Assembly (NCBI GenBank): GCA_950097015.1
Contig: CATNEN010000029.1
Coordinates: 8,122,001-8,186,000, forward strand
DNA length: 64,000 nucleotides
Direction: 5' to 3'
DNA from: Macrostomum hystrix
Lineage: Eukaryota; Animalia; Platyhelminthes
Shown here: positions 1 to 8,045 of the stretch, piece after piece
Numbering within the stretch: the stretch's first letter is position 1
Layout of the letters: every line of letters begins with the position of its first letter
The notes under the pieces: generated by a model
Seen by the model: only the letters and a program-made list of their open reading frames with translations
Database searches by the model: none
Told to the model about the DNA's origin: nothing
Program-made: the position numbers and the translations under genes

Positions 1-822
1 TTGGCTCTCCGCAGGCTCCATTTCGATGTCTTCTTCCGTATCCGAGTTCGGCTGCGGCTGAGGCGACTGCTGGGACTGCCGCTCTTGCTGCAACGGCTGC
101 TGCTGCTGCGGCGGCTGCGGCTGCTGCGATTGCTGCGGCTGGGGCTGCTTCCGTGATGGCTGTGGCGGTGGCTGTGGCTGTGGCTGCGGCTGCTGCTGCT
201 GCGACGACTGTGGCTGCGATGACTGCGGCTGTTGCTGAAAATCCGTCCGGTACTGGTACTGGATCGGTACCTTGATAGCCTTTGGCGCTATATGCCGTCC
301 CTTAGGCGGTGGCCGTGGTTGAGGGCTCGGCTTCGGCGCTATCCATCGTCGTCCGGCAGCACGCCGACCTGGTTCCTGGCTTGGAGCTTCAATTGCCTTG
401 GTGACCCTGGCGGCTTCAGATGGCTTAGCTTGAACAGCTTCCATTGCTGCCACCGGTGCTATCGACTGCTGCTGGAGCAGATTCAACCGCGTGGTGGCGT
501 CGAGGTACACCGGTAGCCTAGAGCTCGGCAATCTCTTCTTGTTCGCGGTCTCATCTTGCATAGTGGTGGCGGCTCGCTTTTGGGTGTTCACTCTCGGTTG
601 TTGACCGACCATGGATGGCTGCGTTCTTTGCCGTAGTGGCGCCTCGAGTCCTTCTGGTTCGTCAATTATTGCTTGGATGATATCGTCTTCGCCATTTCCG
701 GCTCCGTTCTCTTGCTCTACTCTGTCTGGCTCAGTGTTCTCATTGTCCGAGAAATCCACTGTAACTGCTTCTAGCAACTTCTCAAATTCGCTTGCGCTTA
801 TGGCTTCTTGATCTTGCTCCAT
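1..822 (-). CDS. Extra ORF (ORF3) downstream of retrotransposon pol; acidic N-terminus, Q/P-rich low-complexity region, bipartite NLS-like motif; 3' end truncated by window edge
   Basis: Translated by hand; it is absent from the ORF track, presumably because its stop lies outside the window. The ATG at 822 follows an in-frame TGA (832-834). There are 274 codons without a stop to position 1: MEQDQEAISASEFEKLLEAV...KRAATTMQDETANKKR...QQQPQSSQPQ...SDTEEDIEMEPAESQ. No intron signals seen; same strand as gag/pol. Confidence 0.75.
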   Translation of the reverse strand, partial: MEQDQEAISASEFEKLLEAVTVDFSDNENTEPDRVEQENGAGNGEDDIIQAIIDEPEGLEAPLRQRTQPSMVGQQPRVNTQKRAATTMQDETANKKRLPSSRLPVYLDATTRLNLLQQQSIAPVAAMEAVQAKPSEAARVTKAIEAPSQEPGRRAAGRRWIAPKPSPQPRPPPKGRHIAPKAIKVPIQYQYRTDFQQQPQSSQPQSSQQQQPQPQPQPPPQPSRKQPQPQQSQQPQPPQQQQPLQQERQSQQSPQPQPNSDTEEDIEMEPAESQ

Positions 823-884
823 TCTTCTTTGTCAGTATGACTTCTTCTCTCTGCTTATGTTTGTTTGTGTTCCCAGGGCTCTGG

Positions 885-970
885 TTTATATAGGCGCGAA
901 ACTGACACTCTTCATTGTGTCTCAGATTTCATTGGGCTATACTGGCTTATTTCTAATCCTATTGGTTCCC
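885..970 (-). promoter_or_regulatory. Putative internal Pol II promoter for ORF3 (TATATAAA plus two CCAAT motifs)
   Basis: Minus strand reads gaaCCAATagg ... gcCCAATga ... gcgccTATATAAAccag. The TATA is at 885-892, about 63 nt upstream of the ORF3 ATG. Confidence 0.5.
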
Positions 971-1084
971 TACTTGATTTCAATTAACCCCTACCTAATT
1001 GACTGGAAGTGGCTAACCCCTACTCCCTTTCTATCCCTTGCACGTGGTTTCCTTGTGTTACTATTGCGTCACCCCAATCTCTGC

Positions 1085-4000
1085 CTAGATCTGTAAATTC
1101 CCTATTATACTGAACACGGTGGCAAGCCTCTGCAAATAGCCTTCAAACCTCGCGGGGGGTCTGATTTGTCTGCGCGGACGGCTTGTCACTCCTTCCCTTT
1201 CTTCATTCTGTACAATGTACATGCCTCCTTCTGAGGTGGCTGTCGCCAGACCCTCAGCTGTCCCTTCGCTTTCGCTCTCCTCTTCACTGCTCGTAGCCTC
1301 AGGCTCGGTGTGTGATTCATCCTCCACTTCTATCTCAGCTCCTAGTTCCAAATCTTCTCCATTAATTTCACTTGGGTTTTCTCTAAAATGACATTGCCAT
1401 TCTAATCTGTCTTCTTCCTCTTCGGATTCAACTTCATCTGTTAGAACAGATCTTCCCTTCTCCTTCGGCTGGCTTCCCCTAACTTTGACCTCTGTCTTCT
1501 TAGCTTTCTTCTCTGGTGCGGCCTGGCTTCCCCTAATTAATTCCTCTTGGGTTGAATTAGGCACAATAGTTATGTTGTCTCTATGGACAATCATGATATT
1601 GCCTACTAACTGTCCTTGCTCCTCCTTTTGCACTCGAAATACTACATCTGATATTTGCTCTATTACTCTGAAGGCTGATCTCTTTTTCCTATGAAATTTG
1701 TGCGATTCCTCACTGTCCAACTGTGGATTATTAATCAACACAAGACTTCCAACTGGGACTGTCTTAGGCAATTTGCTGTTTTTCGCAGACTCTTGTCTGT
1801 TACTGACAACCTTCTCCAATTTTCTTTTGACAATGTCTCTCGCAATCTTCAATCGTTCGGCATGTTCTGTCACATAAGATGGATAACTGGCGAATGACTT
1901 TGGTTGGCTGATTTGACTGTCCATAGGCAATACTGCTTCCCGTCCAAATAACAGGTAGTGGGGAGTAAAGCCTGTGGTTTTGTTCACACTAGTGCGGACA
2001 GCAACTAATGCAGCTGGGATCATAAGGTCCCAATCACTGTGATCTTTCTCAATGAGACAGGTTACTATTGATTTAATTTGCTTGTTAAATCTCTCCACCA
2101 ATCCATTGCTTTGGGCATGGTAGGGTGTTGTAAACGTATGCTTCACGTTATACATTTCGCAAAAAGCTTTGAACTGCTTGCTAGCGAATGCCTTGCCATT
2201 GTCTGTGTGTAACCACTGACATTGCCCATACTCTGCGAAGATTCTTTCCTGTAAGATTTTGATCACAGTATCTGACTTTTGATTTCTAGTTGGGAATGCA
2301 AACGGATATCGAGTGGTGCTATCCACAATAGTTAGGACATACTTGTGCCCTCTTTTGCTCTCTTTGGATAGTGGTCCTATAAAATCGACATGCAGGCGAT
2401 GGAAAGGTTCACTGATAGGGAACGATTGCACTGGCGCCTGAATCGGGTTTCCTCTCTTGCTTTCCAGACACGGAATACACTCTGCGATATGAGCTTCCAC
2501 TGCTTTGACCAATCCTGGTCTCCAAAATCTCTGCCTGACACGTTGAATTGTTTTATCGCGTCCCAAATGTCCTGCTAGTGGGCTATCATGCAGATCGCTG
2601 AGAACTAGCTTATCCAAGGACTGGGGCAGTACAACTTTCCAACTGTCATCTTCGCTAATGATTAGCATCTCATTCTCTACCTTCATATCCTCAAAGGATT
2701 TCCTCATCTTCTTCAATTCTGGGCTGACAATTTCAGGTAACTGGGGATTGTTCTCTCCTGATTTCTTCCATTCAATTAGCACTTTAATTACTGGGTCATC
2801 TCTTTGTGACGCAATAATTTGCTCTCGTTTCAATGGGCTGGGTAAGAAATCGGTCAATAACTTCTCGCACTTGCTACTTGTTGCTTGCAGCATATTCTCA
2901 CTCTCACTAGGATTAAATTCTTCAGGAACTGGACTCGGAAGCGGAATGCTGGAGTCATGTTCAAGTTCACTGGGAATTCTCACCTCTCCTTGTCCTGAGA
3001 TAGTAGACTGGATCCTGCTATTGGGATCTAACGTCTTTTTCTCTCCTTCACTTAGGGCAGTCTGGGGCTGTGTCAAGCTATATAAGCTATCATTAGCCTT
3101 GACTTCCTGTCCTGACTCTTCCATTACACTGCAGCTTTGCACTATCGGCTCAACAACTTGCTCTGCTTCAGGGACATCAGCTGGTCTTCTTGACAGACTG
3201 TCAGCGTTCTGGTTCTTTGCACCGCTTCTGTGTTCTATATCGAACGAGAATTCGTTTAGGCGCTCGACCCACCGACCAAGAATTCCTTGAGCTTCTGTTT
3301 GCCTTAACAGCCAAATTATCGCCTTATGATCTGTTCTTGCCAAAAACTTCTTGCCTAACAGGTAGAAACGGAAATGCCTCATGGCATCCACTAGGGCTAA
3401 GAGTTCCTTTCTAGTGATAGGGTAGCGTTTTTCCGACTCTTTCATAGCTCGGCTGAAATAAGCTATGGGTCTCTCTATGCCATCTGATTGGATCTGGCTA
3501 AGTACAGCGCCAATACGGCTATCACTTGCATCGGTATCCAATACCATCTTCACCTTCTCGTCATCCACAAATTCGGGATACGCTAAGACTTCAGTGGACA
3601 TCATCCTGTTCTTTAGCGACTCAAACGCTTCGTCATGCTCTTTGCTCCATCTCTCTTGAAAGTTCTTAATTCCTTTCCTTGTTAGCTGGAAAAGGGGATG
3701 GGCAGCTTCTGCATAATTTTTAATGAAGCGGCTATAGTAATTACATAGGCCAAGGAAACTGCGTAGCTCCTTCACATCTTTTGGCTTCGGCCAGGTCTTG
3801 ATTGCTTCAATCTTCGTCTCATCCGTACGGATACCTTCTGTACTGATCACATGTCCTAAGTACTTTAACTCTCTATGAAAAAGGTTACATTTCTTTGGCC
3901 TTAGCTTCAATCCTGCGATTATTAATCTCTTGAACACTTCCTTTAGATGGGAAAGGTGGTCATTAAAGTTCTTCGAATAGGTAACTATATCGTCTATATA

Positions 4001-5833
4001 CGACATAGCAAATTGATGTTGAATCCCTAAAAGTACAAGATTCATGAGCCTCTGGAAGGTTCCTGGGGCATTGGACAAACCTTGCGCCATAACCTCATAC
4101 TCAAACTGGCCTCGGGTTAAAGTAGAGAAGGCGGTCATGAACTTGTGTTCTTCCTTTATTGGCACCTGCCAATAACCAGAATTCAAATCGAGACTACTAA
4201 AATATTGACTACCAGATAAGTAGGTGAAAGTCTGATGAATGTTAGGAAGCGGATACGGAACATAGTTCACCTTCGAGTTTAACACTCTGAAATCACTTAC
4301 AATCCGTATGGATCCGTCCTTTTTCGGCACAATGACTAGTGGTGTAGAATAAGTTGAATAACTGGGCCTGATTAAATTTTTAGCCAACATGTCATCCAAC
4401 TGTGTGTCGACTTGCTTTTGGAGATGGGGTGGTATTCTCCTAGTTGGGATCCTCACGGGAGTCTCATCCTTCAGTGAGATCTCATGTGTGATCAGATGGG
4501 TTAAACCCATATCCAACTCATTCTGTGAAAAAGCTTCACGATGCTCCTTCATCAATTCGATGACTGATTTCCTCTGGTCATCGGTAAGATCTTGACCAAT
4601 ATTAACTTCATTAATCCAGGCATCTTCCACAGTTTGTGTCTGGTTGACTCGTCCGGTAGGTTGACTGACTATTTCCCTTTCGGCTTCGAAATATTTCAAC
4701 TCACTTGCCTTCACTGGTTTGGCTAGGCCTACCAATGTTGACTTCGACAGCTTCACCTCAACTGGATTGTTATTCACAATCTCCACAATGGCGGAACCTT
4801 CTCGCATTGTGACTAGAGTGGGAGCCATCTCGACTGTCAATTCTTTGGCTTTTACGCCTTCGCCAATCATACTCACTGTCATAGGTGTTCCAAAATTGCA
4901 CTCGGCATCTCTCGCCAATCTCACTGGGATTCTCAATGCACTATTTGCAGGAATCACTACTTTCTCCTGAGTATACACTCTGCATACTTTTACAGGTAGA
5001 TGAGTGAACTGCATAGGAATGCTTGCTCCTTCATTTAGAATCAACATGCCTTTAGCAAGATGAATGCTATCACAATGTCCTAGGAAAAATTCCATTCCTA
5101 AGATATTGTCGCTCTCATGTCCACACAAAAGGAATTCTATTTCTATCTGGATGTCTCCGAATCTGACTGGAATACAACTCTCGCCTTCCAATTGTACTCT
5201 GGTTCCGTCGAAAGTAGAGACTCGCTTGTCTGTACTTCTTATCTGTTCTGGCTTAAGTAATTTTGACCAAATAGATTTGCTCAAAAAGCTGTTCCTAGCC
5301 CCTGTGTCTAGGATAAAATTAATTTCCTGATTCTTAAATTTTCCTACAATTACAGCTTCAAATCCTTCAGGTTTAATAAGTTCTAGTTTAGAATTAGAAA
5401 CAAATACTTTGCGTTTATTCTCACGTGTCCTTGAGTATTTTCCAGATGTTGCGGCGGCTGATCTCGGTGCTGATACTTCGGAAGCTGGTTCCTCCAGGAC
5501 TGACATGCAGGGGGCTGACGCAATGGTTGCTGATACAGATGCCGCTGGGGCTAACGCAATGGGTGCTGACGCAGATGGTGCTGACGCAATGGGTGCTGAC
5601 GCAGATGGTGCTAACGCAGATGGTGCTAACGCAAATGGTGCTGACGCAGATGGTGCTGACGCAATAGGTGCTGACGCAGATGGTGCTGACGCAGGGTAAC
5701 TCGATTGCTTTTGTGCATTACGCAAATTCGACGACTGGGCTTGGTATCGCCGATTCTTAGAGGCCTGAGGTTCGAATCGGGGTTTACTAGAGGGGCGCGG
5801 CCTCGACTCTCGTCCCTCGATATTCAGTTTCCC
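1085..5833 (-). CDS. pol: Pol polyprotein (aspartic protease, reverse transcriptase, RNase H, integrase), expressed as Gag-Pol by -1 frameshift
   Basis: Motifs: ILDTGA (PR), LDLNSGYWQV and YIDD (RT), TDASD/ELLAL/TDHKA (RH), HDSPLAGH..C..C and VDFIGP/VDSTTR/TDNG/VERFN (IN). The pol frame stays open upstream of the track start (5725) to the slip site (GKLNIEGRESRPRPSSKPRFEPQASKNRRYQAQSSNLRNAQ). Confidence 0.97.
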   Translation of the reverse strand, partial: GKLNIEGRESRPRPSSKPRFEPQASKNRRYQAQSSNLRNAQKQSSYPASAPSASAPIASAPSASAPFALAPSALAPSASAPIASAPSASAPIALAPAASVSATIASAPCMSVLEEPASEVSAPRSAAATSGKYSRTRENKRKVFVSNSKLELIKPEGFEAVIVGKFKNQEINFILDTGARNSFLSKSIWSKLLKPEQIRSTDKRVSTFDGTRVQLEGESCIPVRFGDIQIEIEFLLCGHESDNILGMEFFLGHCDSIHLAKGMLILNEGASIPMQFTHLPVKVCRVYTQEKVVIPANSALRIPVRLARDAECNFGTPMTVSMIGEGVKAKELTVEMAPTLVTMREGSAIVEIVNNNPVEVKLSKSTLVGLAKPVKASELKYFEAEREIVSQPTGRVNQTQTVEDAWINEVNIGQDLTDDQRKSVIELMKEHREAFSQNELDMGLTHLITHEISLKDETPVRIPTRRIPPHLQKQVDTQLDDMLAKNLIRPSYSTYSTPLVIVPKKDGSIRIVSDFRVLNSKVNYVPYPLPNIHQTFTYLSGSQYFSSLDLNSGYWQVPIKEEHKFMTAFSTLTRGQFEYEVMAQGLSNAPGTFQRLMNLVLLGIQHQFAMSYIDDIVTYSKNFNDHLSHLKEVFKRLIIAGLKLRPKKCNLFHRELKYLGHVISTEGIRTDETKIEAIKTWPKPKDVKELRSFLGLCNYYSRFIKNYAEAAHPLFQLTRKGIKNFQERWSKEHDEAFESLKNRMMSTEVLAYPEFVDDEKVKMVLDTDASDSRIGAVLSQIQSDGIERPIAYFSRAMKESEKRYPITRKELLALVDAMRHFRFYLLGKKFLARTDHKAIIWLLRQTEAQGILGRWVERLNEFSFDIEHRSGAKNQNADSLSRRPADVPEAEQVVEPIVQSCSVMEESGQEVKANDSLYSLTQPQTALSEGEKKTLDPNSRIQSTISGQGEVRIPSELEHDSSIPLPSPVPEEFNPSESENMLQATSSKCEKLLTDFLPSPLKREQIIASQRDDPVIKVLIEWKKSGENNPQLPEIVSPELKKMRKSFEDMKVENEMLIISEDDSWKVVLPQSLDKLVLSDLHDSPLAGHLGRDKTIQRVRQRFWRPGLVKAVEAHIAECIPCLESKRGNPIQAPVQSFPISEPFHRLHVDFIGPLSKESKRGHKYVLTIVDSTTRYPFAFPTRNQKSDTVIKILQERIFAEYGQCQWLHTDNGKAFASKQFKAFCEMYNVKHTFTTPYHAQSNGLVERFNKQIKSIVTCLIEKDHSDWDLMIPAALVAVRTSVNKTTGFTPHYLLFGREAVLPMDSQISQPKSFASYPSYVTEHAERLKIARDIVKRKLEKVVSNRQESAKNSKLPKTVPVGSLVLINNPQLDSEESHKFHRKKRSAFRVIEQISDVVFRVQKEEQGQLVGNIMIVHRDNITIVPNSTQEELIRGSQAAPEKKAKKTEVKVRGSQPKEKGRSVLTDEVESEEEEDRLEWQCHFRENPSEINGEDLELGAEIEVEDESHTEPEATSSEEESESEGTAEGLATATSEGGMYIVQNEEREGVTSRPRRQIRPPARFEGYLQRLATVFSIIGNLQI
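5514..5695 (-). repeat. In-frame 15-bp tandem repeat encoding (ASAPS/ASAPI/ALAPS)n upstream of the protease
   Basis: Plus-strand unit gcagatggtgctgac repeated about 11-12 times; visible in the pol translation. Confidence 0.9.
5760..5833 (-). other. -1 programmed ribosomal frameshift signal: slippery heptamer G GGA AAC (5827-5833) plus predicted downstream pseudoknot
   Basis: The heptamer is in the correct X XXY YYZ phase in gag (CAG GGA AAC TGA), immediately before the gag stop, and pol is in the -1 frame. About 8 nt downstream, GAGGG pairs with CCCTC. The loop GAGTCGAGG can pair with CCCCGATTC (or GAGGCC with GGCCTC). Confidence 0.85.
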
Positions 5834-6723
5834 TGATATCGGTACTGCTGCTGCTGCTGTGAGCTCTTGCAGTACTTGGCAATATGCCCAACTTTGTTAC
5901 AGTTAAAACATGTCGGCGGAGGCCTCGACTGTTGCTGCGGCTTCAGGTACGTCTTCGGCTGCATGAGCGGCTGAGGTGTTACTCTCTGGCATTCAGCCTT
6001 CCTTCTTTCCTGAATCAGGTCTTCAATCAGCTTCTTCTGCTTATTGATTTCATACTTCTGCCTCTCGATGGTCTCCTCCATCTTCTTATTCCGATCCTCG
6101 TCGAATTGCTCGTCTTTAACAACTCGAACTCCACTCTTGTGTGACATATGCCACGCTGCTTCGATGCGTCTCAACATCCTTCTAGCCTCTTGCAGGCTGG
6201 CTGGCTGTGCAAATATTAACTTTTCCCTAGTGTCGGAAGGGATTCTCGCTCCTTTAATGAACTGCTCTACTACTTCCTCCTCCCTTTGTTCTGCATTCAT
6301 ATTGGGGAATGCTTGCGCGGACAACTCAATCAAGGCATCTGCGAATGAGTCAACGGGCTCATTCCTCCCTTGCATTCTACCTCTAAATTCCTCCCTAAAC
6401 TCGGCTGAGCTTCCTAGTCTTCCGAATCTTTCGATTAGTCTTTCCTTCAACTCCTCATACGTTAAGTCTTCTGGCAGATTCAAACGCTGAACGGCTGCAA
6501 ATGCAGTCGCGAGGTCTAGATTAGCTAATAGCTCATTCTTCCTATGTTCATCCTGTTCTAATCCTTCATTGTCGCATCTCTGATCAAATGCTTTGAGCCA
6601 AATTCTGATGTCCTGGCTAGGTGTGTACTTTTGGATCTTTACGTGTCTCATGGGTCCTAATTCCAGTCTATTTCTTAATTCTTCTGCTAACAAGCCAATA
6701 GCATCATTGATTCCTGCGGCCAT
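5824..6723 (-). CDS. gag: Gag (capsid plus CCHC nucleocapsid zinc knuckle), 299 aa
   Basis: CFNCNKVGHIAKYC (CX2CX4HX4C), retrotransposon-gag-like helical region (QGRNEPVDSFADAL), located directly after the PBS. Confidence 0.95.
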   Translation of the reverse strand: MAAGINDAIGLLAEELRNRLELGPMRHVKIQKYTPSQDIRIWLKAFDQRCDNEGLEQDEHRKNELLANLDLATAFAAVQRLNLPEDLTYEELKERLIERFGRLGSSAEFREEFRGRMQGRNEPVDSFADALIELSAQAFPNMNAEQREEEVVEQFIKGARIPSDTREKLIFAQPASLQEARRMLRRIEAAWHMSHKSGVRVVKDEQFDEDRNKKMEETIERQKYEINKQKKLIEDLIQERRKAECQRVTPQPLMQPKTYLKPQQQSRPPPTCFNCNKVGHIAKYCKSSQQQQQYRYQGN

Positions 6724-6770
6724 ACCTTTATCTAACTTTCAGACTGACTGTGTGCTTTAGCTGGATTCCA

Positions 6771-6788
6771 ATCCCACCGCTGCCACCA
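6771..6788 (-). promoter_or_regulatory. Primer-binding site complementary to the 3' 18 nt of tRNA-Leu
   Basis: Minus strand TGGTGGCAGCGGTGGGAT is the reverse complement of ATCCCACCGCTGCCA+CCA, the 3' end of metazoan tRNA-Leu(AAG/TAG) as I recall it. It lies 3 nt from the LTR end ...ACGACA. Confidence 0.85.
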
Positions 6789-6791
6789 AGT

Positions 6792-7400
6792 TGTCGTAGG
6801 CCTACTTCTTAAATCCCACTGCTTTCACCAAATTGATGTAGGGCTCCTTACTAATATCTTACAGCTGCCACTAAGTTGTCGTAGGCTCTCTCCTCTTTGG
6901 GTTTAAATATCACCGATACTCTTTTATTAAATATTAACAATTGCTTATTTCACACCTTGGATTACCCTTTGAAATAACTCTTAATTTCCCTTGTCTATGA
7001 CTTAGTTATTCTTCATAGGCTAGCTATGTATCCTCTTATTGCATATGCATATATTGTTTAACTTGGCCAGATAGGCTGCTTTCCTTCCAAAAATTTGGTA
7101 GCGTTCTCACGAGTGTCCGAGCGGCAAGACACTTCTTCCTCTCCTCTACTTACTCACAACTGTCTGGCTCTCTGGTTTGTTCCCAGTCTTTCAAGGCTTC
7201 CAATGGACTGAAGTTGCCCAACTTTGCACACAGTGCTTTTCCACCAATCGGGATTTACCCTTCTGCTCTTTAGTTTTACACTCCACTGCTTTTTATGACT
7301 ATTCCTTTCTTTATTCTTTCGAATATTCCTGGCTTGTGTATTAACACGGACCTGCTTTTCTCCTTTCTAAAATAATTGAAAAACACTTTGAGATTTATTC
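6792..7400 (-). repeat. 5' LTR (inner boundary firm, outer boundary not resolved)
   Basis: Ends in ACA adjacent to the PBS; AATAAA at 6923-6928; AT-rich. No second LTR in the window to fix the outer end. Confidence 0.55.
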
Positions 7401-8045
7401 TCCTTTTTGCTCTCCGAACTGGGCACGGGGCACCGGTTAAGTTTTCGAGGGCTAAAATGCGCTTGTATTTATACTAAGAATTGAGGTGGATGACAAAGCA
7501 TAGTAAAACAAAGACAAAAAGATCGAGGAAAACATTTGGCGGTAATTCAAGTTAGCAATATACGATAAATTTGGGCCTGCCTCAATATGTTAGTTACAAA
7601 TGAACTGGCTGATTGTTGTTTATGAAGCTATTTTTATGTATTTTTTTATATTTATTGCTACTTTCTTAAAAGTACATAGTCTAGTATTTTGATAGAGAAT
7701 TCAATTGGTACTCAAATTATTTTTAAGTAGAAAGAAAACATGATGTTGATTGCATAATTCATAGAATTTTATTCATAACCAAACTATCCCATGTTTTGTA
7801 TGATTAATTAGGCATTTTGTCATTTTGTTGTTTTCTATTGTTTTTCAATGTATCAGTGGCTTATATTCTGCACTGTTTATTAATTTGCTTGTTCCTCAGT
7901 TATCTATTCTTTGTGACATTTGTCTTGCAGTTAGTCAGCAGCAGCGTATAGTTTTAATCAAACCAGCCAGTGCCTAATCCAAAGAGCAGCTTTGCTAAAT
8001 CAGTCGCCAGCAGAGCGCGCCAGTTAGTTTAATGACTGGCAGACA

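Larger units (their letters stand above)
1..7400 (-). mobile_element. Ty3/Gypsy LTR retrotransposon, gag and pol intact; 3' LTR not in window; outer 5' LTR boundary approximate
   Basis: Gag with CCHC knuckle, pol with domain order PR-RT-RH-IN, tRNA PBS, LTR end ...CCTACGACA, AATAAA at 6923-6928 (minus). Confidence 0.95.

Noticed and set aside
1005-1084. Purine tracts after pol (GCAGAGATTGGGG-TGACG and AAGGGATAGAAAGGGAGTAGGGG) as PPT plus 3' LTR start
   Set aside because: The downstream sequence shows no LTR-level identity to the 5' LTR region (6792-7400); they could at most be internal PPT-like tracts.
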